Shown here: positions 13,120 to 25,333 of the stretch, piece after piece | Numbering within the stretch: position 1 is the first letter of the stretch | How the letters are laid out: every line of letters starts with the position of its first letter | Assembly: GCA_000320545.1 (NCBI GenBank) | Contig: ADNK01002830.1 | Coordinates: 32,292-96,291, forward strand | DNA: 64,000 nt | Source: Bigelowiella natans CCMP2755 | Taxonomy: Eukaryota; Protista; Cercozoa | Direction: 5' to 3' | Translations under genes and position numbers: made by a program | Notes under the pieces: model-generated | Told to the model about the DNA's origin: nothing | What the model saw: the letters and a program-made list of their open reading frames with translations, nothing else | The model's database searches: none

Positions 13120-13657
13120 ATATATCTATATATATTAGTTTGAACTGGACGATTGGAACACCGTCAGTGCGGCGACAGCATGCGTCAGTTCCATCTTGAA
13201 GCTGCTGGAAGATTCTGCTCAATATAAGACAGCCGTCAAGCTTGCAAGCGAGGCGTTAGGGAAGGGAAACCTGGTAGGCGGCGCCTACCTCCTGCAAAGC
13301 ATTTTGCTCGAGGTGACTGAGAAGGTTACGAATTTGTGGAGATCGGACGTAGAAATGGGCAAAATAGGCCGGGGATCCCTTCAAATCCTTCTTGAAGGGC
13401 TGAAGAAGGGTGCTAGTGACCAAAAAGGGGGGGAGGATGCTATGGCAGCCGTGGTGAATGCCATCCCCCAGGCGGTGAACCAGGTGATGGTCGCGGACAT
13501 TCGCCAATATCTGAAGCAAACGTTGTTAGAGGTTTCTTTTGACGGAGATAAAGGGGAGATGGACAAGGGTGGCAGCGACGACGGCGTGAAGGAAAAACCA
13601 AGCATCTACGAAGTTGCGCTGGCAACACTGGACAAGGAATTCCCTGGAGCTACTTGA
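11042..13657 (+). CDS. Importin-beta/karyopherin-like HEAT-repeat protein (IBN_N domain), short (about 490-500 aa)
   Basis: MMSAGPETFPPPLDEDNLIKCLEAVSS|VSPSVRKQAEEKLHQMQNCYP|VKFLQILV..TITMLAGILIRNFMRDK matches IBN_N. HEAT-like exons follow (ETVRTSATKALASM; FELDDWNTVSAATACVSSI), with stop at 13657. Confidence 0.75.
11389..11511. repeat. Compound intronic microsatellite (CA)n(AT)n..(GT)n
   Basis: Directly visible. It is one of dozens of di- and trinucleotide arrays (CA, AT, AG, TAC, GAT, CAG, GAA, AAT, CAA) in introns across the window. Confidence 0.95.
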
Positions 13658-14361
13658 GCGCATGGCGCAGTGCAGCTTCTCTGACTGTGCGATTCCAAGT
13701 TTACGATGTGCGTTAGCTTTATTTGCTAGCTGGACATTGTGACTTGCGCATCTGCGCGCGATACCTATGCAACAAAAGATGATTCTAGACGTGAGGGCCT
13801 GTGGTTGCGCAGATGCAACATTGTGATCAAGCTGCGTCATGTTTGCAAATGAATCTGAAAAGCACAAGCTCATGTCTTCTTGCTGCCACAAGATGCATGC
13901 CCTTTCATGTCTATATGTTAGATCAATATCTGTTTACAGTCGTAAGCTCGATATACATGCACAGCCAAAAACTAGAAAGCAATGTAGCCATACCATGTGT
14001 CTAGGCTGTGTGCATGGCTAGATGGTGGCAAACCACGACATTTGTGCAACACTACTGTGGACATATTGCATGAAAGGAGGTAACTAGATTTGGCAACGTT
14101 GTCAGTAATGTAAAACTTCACAACAGTATATTATATGCATAAATTACTCAGGACTACGAACTACTTAGCCTTTCAGCAGCACAACAGCTGGCTAATTTTA
14201 AAGTTAATTTGCTCTGTATGTGTCTTGAATCGAATCACAAAAAACTACGATCATTTTCCCTTTGTATGTATCGCACTTCATACATTCTAATAAAACAGCA
14301 TATTTGTACTAATAAATTGCTGCTATGTGATAAAGAGATCTTTCTGTTCAAACGATCATAT

Positions 14362-15300
14362 TTAGACTGCTACTGCAACAGCTGCCATGACACCGAATCC
14401 GACAATAAATGCAAGATAGTCCACGATATGGCATCTTTGTCTGGGATGCTTGTGATGATGAAGGAGAGACCGATGATCCTCACCCCCCTCTTCCTTATTG
14501 GGCTCTTTTCTGTCGCTCCCAAAGACCAGAAGCATATTATTTTTAGTTCTTTGATCGCCTTTATCACTTACATTTTGAAGTTTAAAACCCAAGGCCATGG
14601 CTGCCCAAAGCTTGTGAAACGCAATAGCAAGGCAAAGAACCCATGTTTTTTCATCGCTGTCTCCACCAGTTGCCACGACCAATCCATCAAGGACCGAATG
14701 TGCCGATAAGAACGCGAAGCAAAAAAGCGCCTTGCCTATAGAGGATGTGTCCATAGCATGATCATGACCTTGCTCGCCCTTTATAGATCCCATCGATTCA
14801 CATCCGAGAAACAAGAATGTCCCAGCCGCGGCCCCTTGGACACATGTTACAGCCAGGTCGTTGTTGGAAGCATCCAGAACAGCAGCAATGAGAAGAGCAA
14901 GGGGAGTGATGATTGCGAAGATTACGCCTAGGGTAAGAGCAAACCACTTTGGAATTCCTTGAGAATTTGATTTCCCATCATCATCCCAAGTCGACATCAA
15001 GTAACTTTGCAAAAGATCGAGTGATAGAAGGAGAACGAACGTCAACCCAGCCATTAATTCCGGATATGGATAATCGTCTCCAATGTTGTGAGAATCTTTG
15101 TAGTTGTCCCAACTTTCAATTGCATCCGCAAGCATGTGCAGAAGGGCTAAACCGACGAAAAGTCCGGCGGAATGAGCCTCTCCTGCACGTTGAACATCTG
15201 GCCTGTCTCGAGCAAACGGAAGGAATGGGAACATAATCCCAGCCATGCCAGCGATCAGGATGATGACCGAGGCGAGGATATCTGTGGTGTTAATGGTCAT
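14362..15300 (-). CDS. ZIP (ZRT/IRT-like, SLC39) zinc/iron transporter with permuted helix order
   Basis: 312-aa ORF carrying the family motifs SAGLFVGLALLHML (TM2), YPYPELMAG (TM3), FAIITPL (TM6), GAAAGTFLFLGCE (TM7), SAHSVLDG (TM4), AIAFHK..A.ALG (TM5) and GFGVMA (TM8), plus His-rich loops. Confidence 0.93.
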   Translation of the reverse strand: MTINTTDILASVIILIAGMAGIMFPFLPFARDRPDVQRAGEAHSAGLFVGLALLHMLADAIESWDNYKDSHNIGDDYPYPELMAGLTFVLLLSLDLLQSYLMSTWDDDGKSNSQGIPKWFALTLGVIFAIITPLALLIAAVLDASNNDLAVTCVQGAAAGTFLFLGCESMGSIKGEQGHDHAMDTSSIGKALFCFAFLSAHSVLDGLVVATGGDSDEKTWVLCLAIAFHKLWAAMALGFKLQNVSDKGDQRTKNNMLLVFGSDRKEPNKEEGGEDHRSLLHHHKHPRQRCHIVDYLAFIVGFGVMAAVAVAV

Positions 15301-15778
15301 GCTGCGTCCGGGTCAGCAAAGGAGATGAGAGAATTATGGGATGATCGCAGTCGAAGTGCGATTATTATCCCTCGGTGTATGTCCGACCCGATGATCGGAG
15401 CAGGCAGCCGGCTCTCTCTGTCTTAATGTTTGGTTTGTGTGGCCGCTCATATCTTCTAACACGGGAAAAATGATTCAAAATTTCCACTCTAGCTTTGTCG
15501 TCACCGATAAATCAAATCAGGTTCGGAAAGTATTTTAGTCATAAAATAGAAGGAGAATTAGCATATGCGTCAACATTTATTAGATTGTCGCTTTGTCATA
15601 AATAGACCTCGTTCTCCGTCCTTCTGCAGTTTCCGTTGTCCGTCTCTCTCGTCATCCCCCAACGACGATTTCAATCAGTAAAACCGTTGCCCTTCACATG
15701 CACTTTCCTTTCGGAACCTCCAATCCATAGAAAGCATCGTGGGTGTACTTACGTCTTGTTGTTTATTTACTGAAAGTA

Positions 15779-16555
15779 ATGGAGGGTAAGAAGGAAGCTG
15801 CCGACTCGAAAGCGGATAACAACTCGATGCCGGCTAGCAAGGGATCGATACCTCCGAAACAGGACTCTACCCCTGGAGAAACACCTCAACTACGAAAGTC
15901 GCTCAGAAATAAACTGCCAGGTACCCTATTTCTCTTCTCAAATACATTTCAATCGTATTAGTTTTTAATCTTTCCGTGGAACAATATATGTACTTCTTGT
16001 TACTGAATTACTTATCATTGATCACGCAGCACTCAAGACCTCAAAAGAACCTGAGATCCCAAAAAAGCGCCTAACTAAGAGGAACTACAACTCGAACATT
16101 TCGGTATTGTGATCCGCTAGCTCGTGATTTTGTTTGCATGCTGCTCTAATTAAGGATGTTCTTCTCTATAAATGATGTCGTGCATAAGGGGAACCGCCTA
16201 ACCCGCTCTCGAATGCGAAGCTCCCAGAAGAATGTAACCAAATAATCAAGGAGAGAGGGTGAAAGAGAGATGGGGTTGGGGTTGGGGGGGGGTCTGTGAA
16301 CAGCATAACTTATTCTCAAATGACACCATTCTCGAAAGACCTGAGGGAATACAATATGATGATTTCCAGGATGGGAGTACCCAGCAAAAGTTAACGAAAG
16401 CGCAAGGATATCCATCTAAAGAGCCGCAACCGTCTGTTTCTACCTCATTTGCTCATCGTCTTAGGTATTGCTTAGATTGTTTTACGTTGCTGGTGATTCA
16501 CAAGATTCTGATAACCTGTTTTCATATGATACATTTTTTCTGTCTGTCTTTTATG

Positions 16556-16593
<38 letters not shown>

Positions 16594-17095
16594 TGTTATG
16601 ACCATTTTCTAGATTCAATGACTTCACGTTGATAACAGGATCAGCAGAGATAAAAAAGATAACAGTTTTGCGGTGAATCGTCCTTCACGCCCGATCTCAG
16701 CGAAGCCTTCGGTATATAACGACGATCAGTCTATGATGAATTCGGCACATATTGAGTATGTGTTCTTGGTGTAGTTTCCTCAGGAAACAGACATGGACGG
16801 TTTGCAAATTGTTCCTGGTGATATAGAGCAGGTTCAGAACAAAGACGGATATCTTCCTGCTTCTCGTGACACGAACAAGTGCTTTTGATTCCCACACTGA
16901 ATTGTTTTCAATTTTGACAATTTTTTTAGACCATCTACGAAAATAGAGTGGATATGGCACACGTTCATGCTTTACGAGCAAGTTCCTCTGGCCATACCAT
17001 GCAACATGATGGGCTACGTGCACAGAGGCCGACGAATGGGAATGGTGTGATAGCACAATTAATGCCTGAGTGTGTGTGTGTGCGCGCGCGCGCAC

Positions 17096-17132
<37 letters not shown>

Positions 17133-19089
17133 TGTGTGTGTTTGTGTGTAGGCGCGCATTCATCTATGAAAAAAACTTGCACTATAAAGCACCAATGGAG
17201 TGAATCTAATTGACAGGATTAAAAGAATATAATTGTCATTCCTCAGGCATACCAAACAGCGTCTTGTCTCCCAATCCCGATGTTGACTTCAACAACAACA
17301 ACAACAACGGTGTGCCAGAGGTTGTTACAGCTAACCTTAGCCTCTCTACCTCCTCCAAATTCAGAATGAAATTAATCTGAGCTTTTTCCCCATGTGCTAC
17401 CCAGAATGGTCAGGTAGCGACGTTTGTCGAGAGCAGAGCAACAGGAGGCTTTTCTAGAAGTGCTAAAAGTAGATATCATCCCAGTAGCGGTTTCCAGAAG
17501 AATTCATCTGCTGGATCAAGGATAATGATGAATAGTCCTGCTGCTGTCATGGAGAGAGAGGGAAAGGACTACGTATCTCCAGCTACTCAATCAAATGTTC
17601 TCTCCCGAAAGGAGGCAGAACTCCGACATGGCGTGCGCACGTACGTACGTGTTTCATGTGACATTATTGCTACGGGGCGTCAGAATGATGAAGGGAAATT
17701 ATTGTTTGAGATTTGATTATCATTTTTAATTATCCACAGGTTGTTGAAGACAGTCATCTTTGCCATGGCGTCTGCGTCTGGTTTGCTCGCGTGAGTCCCC
17801 CCCCCCCCAACCCTCCTCTCTCTTTTTCACATAAGAGGAGAAACGAAAAGTGAGAATGTGCAATGCGTTCAAGGTTTTTATCATTATCAATGTCATCATC
17901 GTCATTTCTGTTTTCAAATTTATCGTAATTTTTTGTAAATTGAGTCACATCTTCTTAGGGGAATCACAACTTGCAACCTTATGAGCTACACTACACAGCA
18001 GTCTACTGAGACGTTTCTCAGTTTTTATCCTTACATGGCCACCGAGTTCAGTATTCTAGAAGTTTCACTGTCGACAGCCCTTGCCGCTTGTGCATCATCG
18101 TTAATTGCAAAGGTCAATCTACAAAAGTTAGAAAAAAGACCAACGTTGGAAAGTAGATTCCTCGAAACATAAAATCCTTTTTCATGTTCCTCGGAAGCCT
18201 CAACCGCCTTTTCACTTTGTAATACTTTGGGCATTGAAATGTAGGAATTTGCAGAAGATGGAGCTTGGCAACAGAGAGAGCAAGCTGCAAAAGCGAGAAT
18301 TCTACTCATTTTCTTTGGATACTTCACTTCAATGATATGCTCCCTCATCAATGTAACTTGTTCGACCCCGAACCTTTTGATAACAGCACTTTAGACTTTT
18401 GGACTGCTGATGCACTAAAATACAATCCATAGGTGCAAATCGTGGAGCGCATGGTGTATGAAGAGAATGAGGACAGTGAATGGTATAAGAATGCTGACAA
18501 GGTGCGTCGTGTATTGGAAAAGCCTTGCTTGTCGGGGACATATGTTATGAGATGAGATGTCTATTCCTTTCCATAACTCTCCAAAAACCTGCCATCTGTA
18601 CCATTTCAGAGAGATGATATCGCTCTCAACTCATGGGTTTCCCTGGCCGTTTGTAGGTTGATATTGAATCTGGTAGTAAAACTATTTGAAATCCTCGTAA
18701 TTTGTTGAGTCTCTCTGAGACCTCAGACTTGTCACCTACTCGCAGAGTTGTTGGATGGTATCAATTAACGAATTTGGTCAATTTGCGAAAGATCGATATC
18801 GAGTAGAGGTAAGAGAGAAAGCAGTGATTCAGTTCTTTAATTGAATAAACAAAAAGTATGAATGCCTGGATGGGTATTTTTTTGGTCAGAGATCGGACGG
18901 GTTGCGGATTGCATGGAATGCGAATCGTCGTGGAGACATAAGATAGAGTATAATAAATTTGGAAGAACTGTATAACTATCCAATGGAACGCGTAATGTCA
19001 ATGCATAGCTTCCGATACGATTGTGTCGAAATTGTATCACGCAGGGTGCTGAAGATCCAGCCACACATGGGATCTTCGGTTTCATCTAG
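15779..19089 (+). CDS. Multi-exon membrane protein with a long disordered N-terminus; C-terminal four-helix region resembling TMEM237 (ciliary transition zone)
   Basis: Spliced C-terminal half: LLKTVIFAMASASGLLA|GITTCNLMSYTTQQSTETFLSFYPYMATEFSILEVSLSTALAACASSLIAK|..RILLIFFGYFTSMICSLIN|..NSWVSLAVCR. The GLLAG...FL..Y spacing recalls TMEM237; the family call is from memory and unverified. Confidence 0.5.
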
Positions 19090-19821
19090 TCATGCGTGTG
19101 TCGATCACACTCGGCAACGCGTTAGGCCCAGCACTAGCTAGCTAGAGCAGGCAGCTGTGGCGTAGCTACATGCCAGATGTGATGTCTTCTGCTTCACTGC
19201 GAGGCTGTTGATTGACATGCATGTCGATCTGCTGAGAAACGCATACGAGGTGCTATATATAGACAAGCGATCACGTGTCTGCTAGTCAGGAATTAGGATA
19301 GGAGCAAGATGCAATAAATATTGGCGCACTTCACTAGCTAGCTAGCAGAGCTAGTTGAACTATAGAGAACGATGCACATGACGAGATAGATGACTACATG
19401 GTATCTCATAGTCATGTGGTGCGTACGCGTCGCTAAGATCGTAGCATCGTAGCACTCAACGTCTACGTAAATTTGCTAGGCTACATCTCATAGCTTTGAT
19501 GCAATGTTGCCATTAATAATGTGATGACAATGTTGAGCATATGTTAACATGCAATTAAGCATGCTTACATAATAATGACAATTCATATGGAGCGCGATGA
19601 GCGATATTAGCTACTATGATAGATGTGCATTGAGTGTGTGGCTTGTTACGCTTATGATGTAAACGTATGTAAAGTATCGTGGCATAAGCAGAAGCATCTA
19701 ACTTAATTATGTGCCGTTCACAAGCTGTGATGCTGTGCGTCATCTTGATTCGAGTCGATTCGCAAATAAATAACTTGAAGGACTAAAAAGATGTGGAAAA
19801 GATCCAAAGCCAATGAAATTA

Positions 19822-20493
19822 CTACAGAGTTTCATCTTCTTTCTCAGGCTCAAAGAATAGTTGTACAGTGAAAGTTAATTTTTCTGAGTCCCAATGGGTG
19901 AAGAATTTGCCTTCTCCTCTATCAAGTTTCTTGTTGGGGATCTTAAAACCGATAGTCTCGTAAGGTTCGGCAGCGAAAAGTATGTATTGAAAGTTGTTAT
20001 TCTTCGGCTCAACGTTTTGCTCGAAAGCAGACATGAATCTGTGACGTGGTTGCACCCCATCCTCGATCTTCGGATACGATATCTGGAAGAGCAAGCATCT
20101 TTGTTGAGTTTCTGGATCTAGCTGTTTGACAACTTTATAACCGGGACGTCCTATTTTGATTGATTTGCGAGTAACAGTCTTTTTCTTTTCCTGGAAAGAT
20201 GCAAGATCCTGGGTCTTCGCGATCTTTGCGGCACGGCGTGCTAGGTTCTGTTGGTGCCTCTTACCTTGCGTGTGAGCTAAGTATGACCCTTCATTTGTGT
20301 GGAGAGTTAAACAAAGTTTACACTCGTATTTTCCAATGTGATTTTTCATGAAATAAGGATCTTTCTTGAGGTCAATGGTTTCAAGAGCGAGCTGGCGCAG
20401 TCGCTCTCGTCGTTGCGCATTTGCCTGCGAGGCTGAAGCAACGCCAGCAGATCCTGTTTTACTTCCAACTCCTTGAGACGAATAATCACGCAT
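19822..20493 (-). CDS. SF3A2: Splicing factor 3A subunit 2 (SAP62/Prp11), intronless
   Basis: RRERLRQLALETIDLKKDPYFMKNHIGKYECKLCLTLHTNEGSYLAHTQGKRHQQNLARRAA (matrin zinc finger), IGRPGYKV, PRHRFMSAFEQ, AAEPYETIGFKIP. Confidence 0.98.
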   Translation of the reverse strand: MRDYSSQGVGSKTGSAGVASASQANAQRRERLRQLALETIDLKKDPYFMKNHIGKYECKLCLTLHTNEGSYLAHTQGKRHQQNLARRAAKIAKTQDLASFQEKKKTVTRKSIKIGRPGYKVVKQLDPETQQRCLLFQISYPKIEDGVQPRHRFMSAFEQNVEPKNNNFQYILFAAEPYETIGFKIPNKKLDRGEGKFFTHWDSEKLTFTVQLFFEPEKEDETL

Positions 20494-20821
20494 GATTTAT
20501 GAAAGGGTCTTGCCTAGGGACAAGGAGATGGTGGAAAAGATGGAGGAGGAGAGGAGTTTTGCCGTGTGAATTGCGGGGTGCTTATCAGATGTGGTCCTGG
20601 AGATAGCGACATGACTTTATTGATGTCGTTTGAAAGAGATGCTCGACAATTTTATGAAAAATTATTATGATCGATCGAGAATCTCATGAGACTCTCTGGA
20701 AGCGTTCTCGTCTTCCTTCACTATTCATGGCAACTAATCCTAATGAAAGACAAAGCGTGCATTCTAGTCCCAGGTCGGTAAGTGGATATATCATTGAGAT
20801 AGCATGTAATACTCATGGTTC
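20494..20821. promoter_or_regulatory. Short bidirectional promoter region between SF3A2 and NAXD
   Basis: Head-to-head start codons about 330 bp apart. Similar compact divergent pairs lie at 1505/1846 and about 10709/11042. Inferred from gene geometry only. Confidence 0.55.
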
Positions 20822-22103
20822 ATGGAGACTGATGCGTTCGTTGCAGGTACTCTGGGATTGGGCCTGGTGCTGTATCTATATCATCGATATTTTAGGGAAA
20901 ATCGGAAGAATGCCCACGGCGATGTTATTGAGGAACGCAACTCTCCCAATGGCACATTTAAGGGTAGACGGGACTCAGAGCTACGCATAGAAAGTTTGAA
21001 ACCGGAAGCCATTCGAATTTTCAAGTCTATTGCCCCACCTCTGGATTTCAAATCCCACAAGGGCCAAGGAGGTCGCATAGCTATTGTCGGTGGCTCGAAG
21101 GATTACACGGGAGCTCCTTATTATGCTGGGATGGCAGCGCTTAAGACTGGAGCCGAACTGCTATATATGTTTGCATCAGCGGAGGCGTCACCTGCTTTGA
21201 AAGTGTATAGTCCAGAACTCATGGTAACTCCATTTTACGGAACAAGCTTATGTTCAGGAACTAACGAGTGGGTTAGTCGGACAGCATCGATCATAACTGA
21301 GAGGATGAAACGATTCCATGCTATTGTCATCGGTCCTGGCATGGTAATATGATAGACTCTTGTCCATTTATCTGATACCCCTTAATCCTTAATCTAACTA
21401 CTAATCAATTTCAACTACAGCCGTCCTCCCCATACTCAAACCAAACACCAACTGATTCATCATCTCTTGAATTTTCTTCTCCAACCTTTTTCTTTAGGGA
21501 AGGAATAAGCATCTAGTACCAGTAATAAGAAATGTCCTTCACGAAGCCGCGCGCGCCAAAATTCCGACTGTTCTCGACGCAGATGGGGTATGGGCCGTGT
21601 GCCAAGACCCAGAAATGCTGAATCAAGCTGGGATGGTTGTACTGACGCCGAACAAGGTGGAATTCGAGAAGCTGTACACATCAGTTATGCAGGTCGAGCG
21701 TAAACTAGACGGAGATCTCAAGGCTGACGTCGAGTCGCTTTGCCGCAAGCTGAACAATGCGGTCATCATTCGAAAGGGACGTTCAGATTTCATTTCTAAT
21801 GGTATCATTAGTCTTGAGTGTGTGGAAATGGGCGCCCCAAAGAGGAGTGGAGGCATTGGGGATGTACTTGCAGGCGTCACAGCTACATGCGTTGCGTGGG
21901 CTCAGATGAAGAGCTCGCTTAGCCCGAAGCAAGATTTCAAAGAATCACAAAAAAATATTGTCTACGCAGCGCATTGCGCTTGCTCTATCGTCAGAAAAGC
22001 ATGGGAAATTACCTTTTCAGACTGTGGAAGAGGAAGTTGCGTTCCTGATTTACTAGACAAGCTCAGAAGTGTCATTAATTCAATTGAGGCTGCGGCATGC
22101 TAA
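20822..22103 (+). CDS. NAXD: ATP-dependent (S)-NAD(P)H-hydrate dehydratase (YjeF C-terminal/CARKD); 2 exons, intron 21344..21497
   Basis: HKGQGGRIAIVGGSKDYTGAPYYAG, YSPELMV, IVIGPGM|GRN, VLDADG, VLTPNKVEF, IRKGRSD, KRSGGIGDVLAG. Confidence 0.95.
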
Positions 22104-22694
22104 TGAAACAGCAATAGCTGCATAGATATATAGATATGTGGAGTCAAGTAGTCGCCAGCTGACGACGCTGATTGCTCTGCTTGTGATAAATGACAACATG
22201 CGAGACAGATTTAATTATAACAATGACCGATTAAATTACATTCTATCAATGGTCATCCTAATCTAGTAATGTAGCTGTCTAGCTGTGTAAAGCTGCAACT
22301 ACAGCTCTTATTAAATTGTATGAATGTAGCTAACTAGCGCATTAGATCACGTAAGCCTGCCTAATGATGCGAGTCATCACATCTACAATGATGATTTATC
22401 AAATAGATATGCATCAAGTGTCTATGGGAGCCTCGATCCTTCATGTGCACATAACTTGTGGTCAGCATCGATTTAACATGCAATTTAGATATTCCGGTGA
22501 TGCGAAATTAGCAGGCGCGCTCCAGTTATTGGTGTGATGTACAATTTAAAAGGAATTTATAATCATTTATCTTGACCAAATATCCGCCACAAAAGAATGC
22601 GATCGTATACATGATAAGTGCCCAGGTCAAAGTATATACCGTGGCTACAATGAGCATATGGCTAACATGCGATCATGGATTCTTTCCCTCTTGC

Positions 22695-22896
22695 TTAACC
22701 TCGTCGACCCTCGGCAAGGAGCTGAACTTTGTCAAGTTCACTACCATCACTATCGAGTTCCTCGTCCCCATCACGCAAACTATGGGACTCAGCAACTTTC
22801 CGTGCTCGGCGGATTGTTTTCTCCACGTCGGATTCATACCTACGACAGAAATTTATATATTACCTCGGAGGTCAGAAAAGGCTTCACAGACGTGGA

Positions 22897-22928
<32 letters not shown>

Positions 22929-23077
22929 GTTCGAGTCATGAATCCGTAAGCTATAAATGTTAAGGTCCACGGGACGAGAGTCATGATGGTGAGTGAATAG
23001 GTCAGAGCGTTGACATTGCGGTTCCGTTCCTGAAAGTAATAGGAGGAGGAGGAGGAGAAGGAGGAGGCTTATTTTTC

Positions 23078-23149
<72 letters not shown>

Positions 23150-25333
23150 ATTATGATGATGAGATTTTGTGGGCGTCGAATTGATGATAATGATGATAAT
23201 TCACGACATGCGATTAGACTAACCGCATCGTCCATGCCATTGATATTTGGTCTCCCGTGCGGCCCTCCCGTTTTAAACCCAAACATTTTTTCTGCCAAGT
23301 ATGACACGACATATCCACCGAAAGCAGATGGCACATTTTCCATCATGGAGAAATAGCTGTAGATAGACGCTCTTGACCATTCTGGCACCACATCCGCAAT
23401 TAAAGGACGATTTGTGGCGTTCCCGGACCATGTTGCCTGGGATTTTAGTTGCATGTAAGTTTTCAGGCTTTCATGTATATGACATTCGCGGCAGAACCTC
23501 AACAAGGGCGGGGGGGAAATCGCAAGTTAACAAACAGATCCATTAAAATCAGCATGCTGCACAACATATCGTACAATCACTTACCGTAAGGTTGAATAAA
23601 ACAATGATGAAACAGAACAGCATCATATGAGCAGTATCTTTGGGGAGAACCAAGAACAGAAAGAACACCAAAACCATTCCAACCTATTCAACACACATAC
23701 ATTCCAAACGGTTGTTCAGGGAGGCTGCAATTAAATTCCTGTAATTATCAATAGGAGCGCTGCAATGGAAACATTCTAATTCTACTTTGGATTTGTGGGT
23801 ACATGAGGATCGCTATCAACCTGTTGCATCGCATGCGTCTATTCATTAACAATCTTCTTTCAACTTACCGCGACGGAAAATTGGGCAGTGTATACGCGCC
23901 CTCTGTAGGGAATTACGGAATGAGCGTAGTCTCCGATGTAACCGGCCATCAGATGCCCAATAGCACTTGCTATCATACCCACTCCTCCAATAATAGCCAC
24001 CTTAAATCATTATTGCATGGTTTGTGACGACTACGTTCGAGAATGATCAAGAGGACCAATTTTTATTCAATAAATAGGCGCTGCTGCTCCTATGCTCACG
24101 TAATACCTGGAACGAGGAGTAGCCAATAAGCTCAAGCCAAAGAATGGAAAACATTCCAAAAGCTCTCCAGGGGATGCAACCGAAGACTCCTTGCAGGACT
24201 AGCAGCCAAAAGGATGCTAATTGGAGAGACGGCCAATCAATACCAAGAAATTTATTGCGTGACTGCTCACGAGCGAGCTCAGCAGCTCTCCGCCTTCTCG
24301 GTTCGACCATCAAGAACGCCATTGCGAATGGGAACAAGACTATCATGTGAGAGGAAAAGACTATAAGATTAACACCGTTCATTGAAATTCTACATAATTG
24401 CAATGGATTCTCTCTCAAGCTAATCTACTCATCATTACTTGAGAGAATGCCGACGACTCCTAAACACAGACGCCATCCGCGAATACCCAGAGGATGTTTT
24501 TCAGCAAGTGCTGTAGACATGAACTGCCCCAGGAATGCACCGATTAATGCAACAAAACCAATTTGTCCAAAGAGGCTTCCACGAGTCTCAGAGGGAGCAA
24601 GATCCGCAACCACACTCTACAAGAGAAAAATTCATTAAGGCATACCTCAAGCTCACACAAATATATCAGATGTGAAACCTGTGCGATAGGAGAGACAAGT
24701 GACATAAAAACTGCTGCCAAGGTTCGAAACATCTGAGTAGACAAATTTGTATGATTAATGTCGAGCGCAAACTTTGAGCAAAAACTTGTTTTTTTTTACC
24801 GTAAACTGCATGAAGGTGGTTGATGCAGCGCAACCCATTGTAAGAAGCCCCCAAGCGAAGCATCCAATACACAACAACCATTTTCTTGACATGCGATCGC
24901 CAAGTCCACCCCTAATGGTTTCGTGCAACAAATGAAAACACTTCGATGTACTCCTCTAATTTATCATTGCTACTTACCATGCTGGCATCGCGAAAGATCC
25001 CACCAAGCACTGAAGCAAGTACCTGGTAAATAAATATATATATATTTTTTTCTGATATAAGTCAACCATGTAAAAGACCGAGAAAGTTCCTCACATGAAT
25101 CCAATATCCGATAGATCCGTTCCAAAGTCGGTTTGGAAAGCTCTGAACATCCCTGCGTGGATCGCAATGCGTTGTAATGTTGAGCCAACATAGACCCATC
25201 GATCATACAAAATCATCTTTGCAATGTAGTGCTTACCTGGGAGCATGACGAAATCGGCTGCGTCAAGGGCAGCGCAGAAGCATAATGACCCAAGAGTCCT
25301 CAAGGCCGGCTTGGGGAGAGGTTGATCCGACAT
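22695..25333 (-). CDS. Major facilitator superfamily transporter (spinster-like), multi-exon
   Basis: CAALDAADFVMLPG, motif A GGLGDRMSRKWLL, MVADLAPSETRGSLFG, GWRLC, QGVFGCIPW, WSGNATNRPLIADVVP. The last exon ends ...LLAEGRRG stop 22695. Confidence 0.9.

Noticed and set aside
14503-14571. GTAAGT after TM5 of the ZIP gene as a donor that might unscramble the helices by back- or trans-splicing
   Set aside because: No matching set of in-phase donors and acceptors was found at the other junctions. The ORF is open without splicing, and at most a 69-nt in-frame intron with a weak acceptor is possible.
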